Assembly (NCBI GenBank): GCA_965197905.1
Contig: CBDAOB010000002.1
Span: forward strand, 256,001-320,000
Direction of reading: 5' to 3'
Source of the DNA: Candidatus Latescibacterota bacterium
Lineage (GTDB): Bacteria; Latescibacterota; UBA2968; UBA8231
Length of the DNA: 64,000 bases
Shown here: in pieces, positions 48,126 to 63,052 of the stretch
Numbering within the stretch: the first letter of the stretch is position 1
Layout: each line of letters begins with the position of its first letter
Notes under the pieces: generated by a model
Database searches by the model: none
Seen by the model: the letters and a program-made list of their open reading frames with translations, nothing else
Told to the model about the DNA's origin: nothing
Translations under genes and position numbers: made by a program

Positions 48126-48538
48126 ATGCGTATCATCGGGCTTATCATAACCATCGCTCTGATTACAACTGGCATGGGAGACGTCACGGCCTTCATCGAC
48201 ATACCTTCGTTGTTGATCGTGTTGGGGGGAACCCTGGGCATGCTGATATTCGGCTGCAGCAGCATCCCCAACATGGTCAGCGCAGTGCTCTCTGGTGACG
48301 CAACCAATGAGCAACTGACGGCAGCGGCCAAGGGCTGGAGGATGGCGCGTTCCTACACCCTGGCGTTCGGAGTGATCGGGACGCTTATAGGTGGGGTGAT
48401 CATGCTGAAGAACATGGATGACCCCGCTGCCATAGGACCGGAATAGCGCTCGCCATCTTGACCATTTTGTATTCGCTCTTGTTATCCTTCGCCGTCTACC
48501 TGCCGTTGCAATCTCGTTTAGAGGATAGAATCCAGTAG
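48126..48538 (+). pseudogene. Short MotA/TolQ/ExbB-family membrane protein with a one-base frameshift at 48440-48441
   Basis: FIDIPSLLIVLGGT and FGVIGTLIGGVIMLKNMDDPAAIGP. Adding one G (CCG GAA TAG to CCG GGA ATA GCG) continues GIALAILTILYSLLLSFAVYLPLQSRLEDRIQ*, the expected last helix. GAGGAGG RBS. Confidence 0.82.
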
Positions 48539-48648
48539 GCTCCCACGCAGGTCCTAGCATACCCCGCGCACTTCGCGGGCCGTATGGCGAGCCATCAGGC
48601 AGGAAAACAGAGATAACCACCCCCGCTACACCGCGGGTTGCGCTCCAT

Positions 48649-49599
48649 TCAGGGTAGAGGACCTTCGATCTGGTCGATCAGGCGCATGGTGTGAATGACA
48701 TCGCGTAGATCGCTAGCCGGTAGGTTGCCGCTTTTGATGCAGTCCAGAAAATGCTCGTGCATGGTGAGGGTGCCGTCGTAACGGCGCGTGTCTTTCTCGT
48801 CGACTCCGTCGACTTCCCAGCCGCCTATGACGGTGCTCTGGTCGTCTTCGAGGATTTCGATCTCCCTGGCGATCTTCACGTAGCAGCCGATGCCCGTACC
48901 GTGTAGCTCGGCACGCAGCACGCGACCTCCCGAAGCCCGGTTTCCGAAGACGGCACCGGCAACGCCGTTGTCGAAACGGATCAACGAGGTGTAGCAGTTA
49001 CGGCTCTCACTGCCAAACGAGTCGCGATAGGCCGTCACCTCGGTCGGCTCGCCGCCAACCATATAACGCAACAGGTCGACCGCGTGGATGACGTCATTCC
49101 ACAAGGTGGTGGTGGGCTCGGTGCCATCGCCGCCGAGTATCTGTTTGTTGTAGGTGACGTTGGCCATCGAGGTGGGACCTTTGCCGGCGACGCGGCGCAT
49201 TGCCTCTCGGGTGACAGCGGAGTAGCGGCGCTGGACGCCGACGATGCAGTAGACGTCGTTGGCGACCGCGGCGTCGAGGATCTGCTGGGCTTCGGCCGTA
49301 GTGGCACCGGGAGGTTTTTCGATAAACAGGTGTTTGCCGGCGTTGAGACAATCGAGTGCTGGTTGCAGCAGAGATTTCTCGTGAGTGATGCAGTAGACCA
49401 GGTCGAGGTCGACGGTGGCCAGCATTTCGCGGTGATCGGTGAAGGATTGTTCGATGCCGTACTCGTCAACCACTGCCTGCATGCGCTCTTCATCGAGCTC
49501 ACACACCGCAACCAGGTCAGCGTCGTCGATTCGGGCAAGGGCCGGGTAATGGGCGTCACAGGCGCGGAGGCCGGCCCCGATGAAACCCGCTCTTAGCAT
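48649..49599 (-). CDS. Gfo/Idh/MocA oxidoreductase, copy 2
   Basis: Same length (316 aa) and colinear with 45954..46904. Confidence 0.9.
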   Translation of the reverse strand: MLRAGFIGAGLRACDAHYPALARIDDADLVAVCELDEERMQAVVDEYGIEQSFTDHREMLATVDLDLVYCITHEKSLLQPALDCLNAGKHLFIEKPPGATTAEAQQILDAAVANDVYCIVGVQRRYSAVTREAMRRVAGKGPTSMANVTYNKQILGGDGTEPTTTLWNDVIHAVDLLRYMVGGEPTEVTAYRDSFGSESRNCYTSLIRFDNGVAGAVFGNRASGGRVLRAELHGTGIGCYVKIAREIEILEDDQSTVIGGWEVDGVDEKDTRRYDGTLTMHEHFLDCIKSGNLPASDLRDVIHTMRLIDQIEGPLP

Positions 49600-49874
49600 C
49601 TGAATATCCTTCCTTCGGGGTTGCTTTCAGGCTGCAAGAACGGCATCCTCGAGGCTGACGGCAACATCGTGCGAGATTCCGTCAGATGAATCGCGGCTAC
49701 GAAATTCGGTGTGCCATCGGCATCCGTCCAGGTCCTCCTCGCTTTACCAGCATTCGTATTAGAGCGAGCTTGATGTTCTCAGGAGCGCCTCCCGAGCTGA
49801 GAGATTCGGTCTGGACGATCTCAACGATCCGGATCTTCTATCCATTCTTTCTCAGCCAACTGTGCTTAGGCTAA

Positions 49875-51329
49875 ATGGACGCTTCCTACAACTCAGAATG
49901 TCCACCACCGGGAACCACGTGGGGAGTCAACGGACTGACTGGTATCTGGCATGCAGTCAATCTTCCTCCTGACGAGCACCTTCTTTCTCGTGCCTGGCGA
50001 CTGGACACGGCCAGGCCACTCTTCGATCTTGACACCAACGCCGGCGAACTCGCTGCGTTGATCGAAAGCCTGCGCAAAAAATGCGCAGAGAAAACGCTTC
50101 TTGATGACCGTTCGCGTGGCGCTGCCATGAGCGCCTGGGTGAGCGCCCTTCTGGCGCTTTCTCCGAACGTTTCGCACGTGCTGACGGTCCTTGAGTCTAC
50201 CGGGCACCTTCGCACCTCTGCGGACGAGCTGAGAGATAAACTGTACGCGATGTTGAGGTCTTCCGTCAGCGCAGACTCGGCTGACCCAACGCGGACCGTT
50301 TTCGAATGGCTGAAAGAAACATGCGACTATTCGTGGACACCGACTCCGAACAGCATCCTTGAATCTCTGACCGAAGGGCGGGAAACGATTCACGACGTCT
50401 TCCTCGGCCGCCTCAACCCCGGGGAGGCTCCCGACTTGAGAATTCTGGGGCACTCTCTCGCAGATACCCCGAGAGAGGCCGTCGCCAGATTAGCTGGCGC
50501 ACGAACCATAGCGTGGTCGAAAGCGGGTTGCATACATCTCGTTTTCGATATCATACCGTTCCTTCAGGATCTTGAGCTTGAAACGGACCTCGAGAAGCGA
50601 AGGATAAGCCTTCTTGAGATCCTGCTGGCTCAGCAGCTACTGGACCTGATTCTTGTCGAGACCACGGATCTGCCTCGACAGATCCGCCAAACTGTTGTTG
50701 AAACGCTGATAAAAAGTTTAGGCGGTGGCCGCCTGCAAGGAGCGGCCACTGCGTTTTTTGCACGCTGGGAAGGAGAAAGTGACTCGACTATTCAGCAGCA
50801 TCCGAAAACGTCAACTGCGCATGAAACTGGCAACCTTTGGGAGGGTACCCTTCGTCACATAGTGAACGCGCCCAAAGCCGCTGGTAGCAGAGAACCCACA
50901 AGCGATCGTCGCGCGGCTCGCGCCGCACTGCCGAAGCAACCGAAAGTTAGTCCCAGAGTGGCGCGCAAGACGGTCCTCGTGGTGGACGATGCGCGCCTGG
51001 TTCGCCGGCAGGTGACCCAATCGGTCGCGAATTTGGGACACGACTATTTCGAAGCTGCCAATGGCCACGAAGCGCTGAAGATCGCGCTGCAAAGAAAACC
51101 CGATCTAATCATTCTTGACCTGTATATGGAGGAGATGAACGGCTTCGAGATGTTGCGGGAATTGCGGGACAACCCGCTGCTCAAAGAAACCCTCGTCCTG
51201 GTGCTTACAGTGACCGGCAATCCAATGGATATCCAAGAAGCGCAGAGCCACGGAATCGTCGACTACCTTGTGAAACCGATCGACTCCGCCAGGCTTAGCA
51301 AGAAAATCGCCGGATTTCTGGGACAGTGA
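49875..51329 (+). CDS. Response regulator: unrecognised helical N-terminal region plus C-terminal receiver domain
   Basis: VLVVDD, PDLIILDLYMEEMNG, DYLVKP at the C-terminus. Confidence 0.8.
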   Translation: MDASYNSECPPPGTTWGVNGLTGIWHAVNLPPDEHLLSRAWRLDTARPLFDLDTNAGELAALIESLRKKCAEKTLLDDRSRGAAMSAWVSALLALSPNVSHVLTVLESTGHLRTSADELRDKLYAMLRSSVSADSADPTRTVFEWLKETCDYSWTPTPNSILESLTEGRETIHDVFLGRLNPGEAPDLRILGHSLADTPREAVARLAGARTIAWSKAGCIHLVFDIIPFLQDLELETDLEKRRISLLEILLAQQLLDLILVETTDLPRQIRQTVVETLIKSLGGGRLQGAATAFFARWEGESDSTIQQHPKTSTAHETGNLWEGTLRHIVNAPKAAGSREPTSDRRAARAALPKQPKVSPRVARKTVLVVDDARLVRRQVTQSVANLGHDYFEAANGHEALKIALQRKPDLIILDLYMEEMNGFEMLRELRDNPLLKETLVLVLTVTGNPMDIQEAQSHGIVDYLVKPIDSARLSKKIAGFLGQ

Positions 51330-51475
51330 AGTGAAATATCTTCTATCGGCGATCACCACTTCGACACTACATCAACCCTCGGACGAGAACGTCCGGAGGG
51401 TCAGTCGCCGGGATGCCCTCGATGAAGCTCGAGCATAGTCGAAGGGTCTCTCAACCGAGGCCCGTCAGCCGGGAA

Positions 51476-52261
51476 TCAGTCATTCATCTCAGCCTGCATA
51501 ATAGGCTTTAGTCGCTCCAGTTCGCCGCGCAGGGCGGTGTACACCGACTCGGCGTCTTCCAACGATTCCGACGACTCTCCTAGCTTTTGCAGCTCCAAAA
51601 CGGATGCCAGGGCGTTGCTCAAGCTCAAGGTGCTCACCACACCTTTGAATCCGTGGGCCGCTCTTCTCAGTGCCTCGGGATCTCCGTCGTCCAATGCCGC
51701 GCGTATCTGCCTCAGGTACTTCGGACAATCTTCGAAGAAAATCCCCACCAGTTCGCTCAGGAGGACCTCATTTCCGTTCAGCCGGCTCAGTACCTGCTGG
51801 CGTCCGAATCCGTCAACTTCATCCGCGGCCGGTGTTGGTATATTCACCGTTTCGCCTACGTTGCCCTCAATCAACTGCGCCAACGTCGCGAATAGCAGAT
51901 CGCGCTTGATCGGTTTCGGCACGTAAGCGTCCATTCCCGCTTCCAAGCAGCGCTCCTTGTCTCCCTGCTTGGAACGGGCCGTAAGGCCGACAATCGGAAT
52001 GTGTTCCTGCGTACCCTGCTCGCGCACCCGTATGCTCTGGGTGGCCTCGAATCCGTTCATCTCTGGCATCTCCACATCCATGAGCACGACGTCGAAGCTA
52101 CCTTTTTCCACAAGCTCAAGTCCGTCGCTCCCGTTGCTGGCAACCGTGACCTCGTGACCTTCCTGTTCCAGGATTCCCGCTACCAGCATCTGATTGAAGC
52201 TGTTGTCTTCAACCAGCAGAACCCTCCATGTGGTTGTCACGGATTCTGCGCCTAACGACAA
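51476..52261 (-). CDS. Receiver plus Hpt phosphorelay protein
   Basis: VLLVEDN, DVVLMDVEMPEMNG, AGMDAYVPKP; Hpt motif RRAAHGFKG; start uncertain (TTG or GTG). Confidence 0.88.
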   Translation of the reverse strand: MSLGAESVTTTWRVLLVEDNSFNQMLVAGILEQEGHEVTVASNGSDGLELVEKGSFDVVLMDVEMPEMNGFEATQSIRVREQGTQEHIPIVGLTARSKQGDKERCLEAGMDAYVPKPIKRDLLFATLAQLIEGNVGETVNIPTPAADEVDGFGRQQVLSRLNGNEVLLSELVGIFFEDCPKYLRQIRAALDDGDPEALRRAAHGFKGVVSTLSLSNALASVLELQKLGESSESLEDAESVYTALRGELERLKPIMQAEMND

Positions 52262-52370
52262 TGCTGCCGATGAGGTGTAAGCTGCACCATGTGCATCGGA
52301 TCTATCCGCTCTTCAAAACAGGGGTAAGTGGAAAGGTGGTGCCGCCGTATTGCCTCGTCTTCGAGCGACG

Positions 52371-53738
52371 TCAGCCGTCGATCTCGTAGGTTTTGATCTT
52401 CTGCACCAGCCCCCAACGGCTCATTCCCAATGCTTCGGCGGCGCGGGTGCGGTTGCCGTCGTTCTCTTCTAGGGCCGTGATGATCATCTCGCGCTCGACC
52501 TGGGCAAGGACATCCTTCAGCTTGCCTTTGCGCGGCACGTGAGCGGCCCCGCCGCCGGCACTCCCGATCCGTTCGGAAAGGTGGGTTACGTCGATGCGCT
52601 CGTCGTCACACAGCAGCGCGGCTCGCTCTATCTCGTTCTCCAGCTCGCGGCTGTTGCCGGGCCACTCGTAGGCGCCGAGGGCGTCCATGGCATGGGCGGT
52701 GAACCCCTGGGGACCTGCGCCCTCCCCATCTTTCTTGCCCAGAAAGTACAGCGCGAATTCCGGAATGTCCTCTTTGCGCTCGCGCAGAGGGGGTAGTGTG
52801 ATGGGAAAGACGTTGAGGCGGTAGAACAGGTCCTCGCGAAAGTCGCCCTTCTCTACTTCCGCTTTCAGATCGCGATTGGTCGCGGCGATGAGACGCACGT
52901 TCACCTTGCGGTCGCGGTCTTCTCCCACGCGACGGATCTCCCTCTCCTGGATGGCGCGCAGGAGGCGCACCTGCAGGGCGGCGCTGGTCTCGCCGATCTC
53001 GTCGAGAAACAGGGTACCGCCATTGGCGGACTCGAAGAGGCCGGGACGATCACTCACCGCGCCGGTAAAGGCGCCCTTGCGATGGCCAAAGAGCTCGCTC
53101 TCCAGCAGCTGTTCGGTCATGGCCCCGCAGTTGACGGCGACAAACGAATTGTCGCGCCGCGGACCTTCCTTGTGAATGCCACGGGCGAGGACCTCCTTGC
53201 CGGTGCCGGTCTCGCCGCCCAACAGAACGGTGGTGTCGCTGTCCATCACCTTGGTCAGCAGGTTGTAGACCCCTGCCATGGCGTGGCTCTTGCCGATGAC
53301 GCCGGCAAACTCCGCCCGGCCCTCGATCTCCTGGCGCAGGGAGAGGTTTTCTTTCTCCAGGCGGGCGATGCGCAGCATAGAGCGGATGCGGGCCCAAAGT
53401 TCGGCCTCGTCTATCGGTTTGGTCACGTAGTCGTCGGCGCCGGCGTCCAAACCGGCGACCTTGTCCTCGGTGGCGCCGCGGGCGGTGAGCATGATCACCG
53501 GCAGGGCGCGGCACTCGGGAGTGGCGCGCAACTTTTCGAGAACCTCGATGCCGCTCATCTCGGGCATCATCCAGTCGAGCAGGACCAGGTCGGGCTTGTG
53601 CTCGCTCAGTATCTGCAGGGCTTCAGCGCCGTTGGAGGCCGCAAGGGTATGGTAGCCCTGTTCCTCCAATTGCTGCTCTAGCAGGTCGACGTTGAAGGGT
53701 TCGTCGTCGACGATGAGTATGGTGGCGGGTGCGGCCAT
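52371..53738 (-). CDS. NtrC/AtoC-family sigma54-dependent response regulator
   Basis: Receiver domain, GETGTGKE, ESELFGH.KGAFTGA, LFLDEIG, WPGN.REL, C-terminal Fis-type HTH. Confidence 0.95.
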   Translation of the reverse strand: MAAPATILIVDDEPFNVDLLEQQLEEQGYHTLAASNGAEALQILSEHKPDLVLLDWMMPEMSGIEVLEKLRATPECRALPVIMLTARGATEDKVAGLDAGADDYVTKPIDEAELWARIRSMLRIARLEKENLSLRQEIEGRAEFAGVIGKSHAMAGVYNLLTKVMDSDTTVLLGGETGTGKEVLARGIHKEGPRRDNSFVAVNCGAMTEQLLESELFGHRKGAFTGAVSDRPGLFESANGGTLFLDEIGETSAALQVRLLRAIQEREIRRVGEDRDRKVNVRLIAATNRDLKAEVEKGDFREDLFYRLNVFPITLPPLRERKEDIPEFALYFLGKKDGEGAGPQGFTAHAMDALGAYEWPGNSRELENEIERAALLCDDERIDVTHLSERIGSAGGGAAHVPRKGKLKDVLAQVEREMIITALEENDGNRTRAAEALGMSRWGLVQKIKTYEIDG

Positions 53739-53746
53739 GGCCGTAT

Positions 53747-54106
53747 TCAGGCCATGTGTTTTTCGATCTTGGCCCAGAGTTCGTCCTCGTCGATGGGTTT
53801 GGAAAGGTAGTCCTTGCAGCCGTATTCGTAAGCCCTGTCCTCGTCGCCGGCCATGGCGTGGGCCGTGACCGCGATGATGGGGATGTGTTTGAGGGCGGTG
53901 TCGGCCTGGATCTTCTGGGTGACTTCCCAGCCGTCCATTTCGGGCAGGGAGATGTCCAGAAGGATGAGGTCGGGCCTTTCCTGCTCCGCCTTCTCCAGCC
54001 CCTGTTTGCCGTCTACGGCCTCGACCAATTCGTAGTCGTCTTCAAGGAGCTGGACGAGCAGGTCGCGGTTGATCTCTACATCTTCGACGATCAGGATCTT
54101 CTTCAT
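53747..54106 (-). CDS. Single-domain response regulator (DivK-like)
   Basis: ILIVED, LLDISLPEMDG, IIAVTAHAMAGD, YLSKP. Confidence 0.92.
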   Translation of the reverse strand: MKKILIVEDVEINRDLLVQLLEDDYELVEAVDGKQGLEKAEQERPDLILLDISLPEMDGWEVTQKIQADTALKHIPIIAVTAHAMAGDEDRAYEYGCKDYLSKPIDEDELWAKIEKHMA

Positions 54107-54153
54107 GATACGCTCTCTTTGCGGTTGAAGCCGTTAAAAAGGATCCGAACCCT

Positions 54154-58364
<4,211 letters not shown>

Positions 58365-59950
58365 TAACAAAGCCTCCTATGAGACGAACTGCTTTTCTCT
58401 GCAAGCCTGGGTGGTGGTTTCACGGTTCATAATCCTTGAGGCGCAGGGTGAAGGTCGTGCCTTTTCCTACTTCGCTCTCCACCGAAAGGGTGCCACCGAG
58501 AAGCGCTCCCGATTTCTGGGCAATGGCCAGCCCTAGGCCGGTGCCTTCCTGCGCGCCACCGCCCGGGCCATCCACCTGGTGGAATTCGTCAAAGATGTGC
58601 GGCAGCTCCTCGGAAGAAATCCCCACGCCCGTATCGGCAACCGCGAGTTCCGTCCACTCCCCAGCTGCCCGCAAGGACACCGTGATGTGGCCCTGTTCGG
58701 TGAACTTGACGGCGTTACTCAACAGGTTCATCAGGATGCGGCGCAGCCGATCTAGATCGGTGCGAACGGGGGCGACGTCCTCAACGTGCTGATCTAACTG
58801 CACGCCGGGTTTGACCAGCGAACAGATCGAAGTGACGCACTCGGCGACTAAGTGCTTCAGGTCTACCTGTTCGGGCTGAATATCCATGCGGCCAGCTTCG
58901 ATCTTGGACAGGTCCAGGATGTCGTTGATCAGGATGAGGAGGTGGTCGGCGCTGGTCTGGACGTTTTCCAGGTTGTGGTACTGGCGCTCGTCGATGCCGC
59001 CGCTGAGCTTGCGCAGGAGGATACGGGTGTAGCCGATGATGGCGTTCATGGGGGTGCGCAGGTCATGGGACATGCGCGCCAGGAAGTCGGATTTGTGGCG
59101 GTTGGCTTGCTGGATCTGCTGATTGGCCAGCTGGAGTTCCTGGTTGAGCCCAAAGAGTTCCTTGTTGGCCTCCGACAGGGCCTGATTGGATTCCTGCAGG
59201 CGGCGGTCGCGGCGGACCACACGGCCGCTCTGCCAGAGGATCAGCAAGACGGCCACACTCAGGGCGGAGATCCAGCCGACCTGCGCATACGGCAGATGGA
59301 CTTGTAAGACCACCGTGGCCGGCTCCGAGTAGTTGAGGTCGCGATCCACGGCCTTCACTTGAAAGACGTATTCGCCGCGGGGAAGATCGGTGTACTCCAC
59401 TTCGGTTGTGCGCGTGGTGCGCCACTCGTCGTCGTGGCCTTGCAAGCGGTAGATATAGACCATGCCGTCCGGGGGTGTGGTCATGCTCCTCCCCTGGAAC
59501 TCGAAGGTGAGAAATGCCTGCGACGACGGCAGGCGCAACTCCTGGACTGATCCGTAGCGGCGATCGGCGACTGCCTCCAGGTGAATGGCCGGGGGGATGG
59601 AAGAAGGTCGATAGCGAGTGATACCTCCGGATGTGGCGATCCAGATATCGCCGCGAGCGTCCTGGTGAAACTCACGAACCTCATCATTCACCAAGCCATC
59701 TTTCCTGGACAGGGTTTGGAACACCCTGCCATCATAGCGACTCACGCCGCCGCCGCGGGTAGCGAACCACAGATGGCCCTTTTGATCCTCCATGGCGGAC
59801 CACACCCAATCGTTCGCCAACCCATCCTCCGTAGTGAAGGTTGTAACCTGCTCTCCATCGTAGTGACTCACGCCCTTCTGTGTTGCAAACCACAGATGCC
59901 CTTGCCGGTCCTCCAACATGGCAAGTACGTTGTCCTCGACCAAACCCTCC

Positions 59951-60870
59951 GGACCGTGTCAAGAGAATGAGACACCTCCGTGAAATTTTAGAATATGGTC
60001 GCATTCGATGGCCGTTGTTCGGTTGGATGGATCCAGACTTCGCTGGGGACTTTGGGTGGCCGAGGTCTACCGTTGACGAAGCGCTCCGGATGCCTGCTGT
60101 AGGCGTCACAAGGACGTGTTGCCGGATGGAGTGCATCGGCGATCCAGAGCAACCCCAGGCCGCCGTGACGGTGTTCGTTGTACCAGCGTTTCGAAAGTAG
60201 GTCTGCGTGCAGAAACCCGGGTACTATTTGACGGTCTTGAACGATACGGGTTGTCTCATCGGCCGACTGTAACTGGCCAGGATGTCCAGGTCACCCAACT
60301 GGGAAAACGTCTTGGCCATCTTTCCTGGACAGTGAGGTCCCGGCACGATTGGCATGCAGCGCTGACAGACTCCCGCTGCCACCATCCAGGCATAGCGCGA
60401 GAACAGATCCAGTACCACGTAGAGCGCATAGGTGACCCACTTGCTGGACCCGGCAGGCGCGTGATGTCCCGTCCAAACCTGTTTCGGGGCGGTGGCCACC
60501 AGGCGCGGCGGCTCCCGCCGCCGCCGACGCTCGGTAGCGAACCACAGATGGCCCTTTTGATCCTCCATGGCGGACCACACCCAATCGTTCGCCAACCCAT
60601 CCTCCGGTAGTGAAGGTTGATCCCCAGGAGCTCGGAGGCTGTATCAGGATCGTCTCCGCCTGCTCGAGCCGTTGCCGCAGACTCTCCATCGTAGTGACTC
60701 ACGCCCTTCTGTGTTGCAAACCACAGATGCCCTTGCCGGTCCTCCAATGCCATGGCAAGTACTGGTTGTCCTCGACCAAACCCTGCCCTGGTACTCATCA
60801 TCTCGAACTCTCCGGTAAACTACAGTAAACTCGGAAGGGGAGATGTCTCACCTTAATTTGGCACGTAGGG
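59951..60870 (-). mobile_element. Degenerate or mosaic IS3-like (rve/DDE) insertion sequence
   Basis: Flanked by CTCC direct repeats (59947-59950, 60871-60874). Imperfect inverted repeats CGTGTCAAGAGAATGAGACA / CGTGCCAAATTAAGGTGAGACA. Transposase fragments LRQRLEQAETI, PRLVATAPKQVWT, YALYVVLDLFSRY, FKTVK, WYNEHRHGGLGLL, HPERFVNGRPRPPKVPSEVWI. Confidence 0.85.
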
Positions 60871-62289
60871 CTCCTCGGTTGTGAAGCCGGTGCCGTCATA
60901 GCGGCTTATGTCTGCATGGAGCCCTGCTATGCCAAACCACAGGTTTTCTTGTCGATCCTCCATCATCGAAGTCACCCAATTGCCTCCCAGGCCATCTTCG
61001 ATGGCGAAGGTGACAAATTCTCTCCCATCGTAGCGACTCACTCCGCCGCTGATGGTGCCGAACCACAGACGGCCTTGCCGATCCTCAAAAATGGACCACA
61101 CGTCATCCGCTGCGATGCCATCTTCGGTGGTGAAGGTGACAAACGCTTTCCCATCGTAGCGACTCAGCCCGTGTTGACTGCCGAACCACAGACGGCCCTC
61201 TTGATCCTCTATAGCGGTCCACACCCAGTTGCTCGCCAAACCGTCTTCAATGGTAAAGGTGACAAAATCCTTTCCGTCATAACGATGCACGCCGCCCCTG
61301 CTCGTGAACCACTTGGTTCCCTCCCGGTCCTCCAAAAGGGACCACATCCAATTGCTAAGGCCGTCCTGGGTGGTGAAAGTGGTGAGCTGGGCTCCATCGT
61401 AGCGACTTAGACCGCCACCCTGTGTCCCGATCCATAGGATCCCTTGCTCATCCTCACGTATTGAATTCACCCAGTTGTTCGCCAAGCCATCTTCAGTCGT
61501 GAACGTCGTGAAGTGTTCACCGTCGTAGCGACTTATGCCGCCGCCAAGTGTTCCGAACCACAGATGCCCCTGCCGGTCCTCCCAAATGGACCGAATTTGG
61601 TTATCTGTGAGGCCATCTTCGGTGGTGAAGTTGGTGAACTGTTTTCCATCATAACGAATGACCCCTGACTGTGCCCCAAACCACAAATGGCCCTGGCGAT
61701 CTTCACAAATGGAAATTACAGTATCGTCCACGAAGCCGTCTTCGGTGGTGAAGGTGGTGAAATAGGTTCCATCATAGCGGCTAATACCACCACCAGACTC
61801 AAGGACAGATCCCCCGCCAAACCACAGATTCCCTGCCCGATCCTCCAAGATGGAATCCACCAAATTGCGCAGCAGGCCATCCTCAGTGGTAAAGGTGCGG
61901 AACTCCTTTCCATCGTAGCGACTTACACCCTCAGTGGTGCCGAACCACAGATGGCCTTGCCGATCCTCCACTATAGACCGCACCTGATCGACCGGCAGGC
62001 CATCCTCGGTGGTAAAGGTGGTGAACTGCACTCCATCATAGCGACTGACCCCGCCACCCGTTCCAAGCCATAGATGCCCACGCGGATCTTCCCAAATTGC
62101 ACTTACACTATTATGAGCCAAGCCGTCTTCGGTGGTGAAGGTGGTGAACCGCACTCCATCATAGCGAATCAGCCCTCCTGACTGTGTCCCAAGCCACAGA
62201 TAGCCCTCCCGATCCTGCAGGATTTCAGTTACGAGTGTAGACGGGAGGCCATCCGGGACACTGAAGCTCTGCCACAATCCCTGTCGGAA

Positions 62290-62496
62290 CCCCCCTCCGG
62301 CCAGCACGCTCTTGCCAGATCCGGCGGGTGTGGTCTTGCCCGGACCTGCGGGTGTCATCCGGCCCGGTCCAGCCATTGTCCTCTTTCCCGGTCCAGCCGG
62401 TGTCGACCGGCCGGGTCCCGCTGCTTCCTGCCACATGCCCGAGCCGACCTCGACGGTTGATCCTGGACCGGCTAGCACCGACCTGCCCACTCCGGC
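62290..62496 (-). repeat. Coding tandem repeat of ~8-aa AGxGxxxx units
   Basis: AGVGRSVL AGPGSTVE VGSGMWQEA AGPGRSTP AGPGKRTM AGPGRMTP AGPGKTTP AGSGKSVL AGGG. Confidence 0.85.
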
Positions 62497-63052
62497 CGGA
62501 GCGGTGTAGAGCCCGAAACGATGGCGCAGGGCATCGTCTGCTCCGGCGGTTTCAAAGATCGTCCCCAAACCTCGCAAGAGGTTCTGCCAGGCCGGATCTT
62601 TTTGAACAGCCTCCTTTTTCTCGTTCCACTGGGCAGGCGTATCGAGCTCGAACAGCCGGCTGAAGACGCTGTCGATGGTAGCGCGGCCATGCTGAGAGGA
62701 TGCCACCAGGCCGTGTTGCTTCAGGATGGGTACGACCTGCTGCTGATAGGCGGATTCGAATTCGGCCATGCGCTCCGGCGGCATCCAGAAGGAAAGCCGG
62801 GCCAGGGTGGGCTCGGCGGCCCATCCCCGGGTAGTACCCAGTACCAGCACTATACCCGCTACAGCGACCGTGCGGATCAAAAAGGTCTCCAGTTTTTGCA
62901 TCTAGGTATCTCCCGTTGAGGTCACGCTACTAGGGTGCACCCCGTGTGCTGGGGCGCGACCGGCCTCCCCTTCCTGCCCAGCGCATAACCTGCGGACTCC
63001 CGGGAAATGTGTGTGAGAACACGGATATGTAATAGCCCCCAAGGCACACGCC

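Larger units (their letters stand above)
45954..49670. repeat. Diverged ~1-kb direct repeat pair (45954..46970 and 48649..49666) flanking uxuA and the MotA-like gene
   Basis: The two genes are offset by 2695 nt. The upstream non-coding DNA is also shared (GGGGTTGC.TTCAGGCTG.AAGAACGGCATCCTCGAG.CT...GGCAAC). Confidence 0.85.
58420..62901 (-). pseudogene. Propeller/Y_Y_Y sensor histidine kinase without receiver, interrupted by an IS element
   Basis: N-part 60853..62901 and C-part 58420..59943 are in the same frame. Removing 59951..60874 (924 nt) restores ...FTTEE-GLVEDNV... and a 1185-aa protein. RMSHDLRTP, NLLSNAVKFT, GTGLGL. Confidence 0.88.

Noticed and set aside
48444..48446. TAG read-through (pyrrolysine or recoding) in the MotA-like gene
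   Set aside because: The homologous continuation is in a different frame, so read-through would not restore it.
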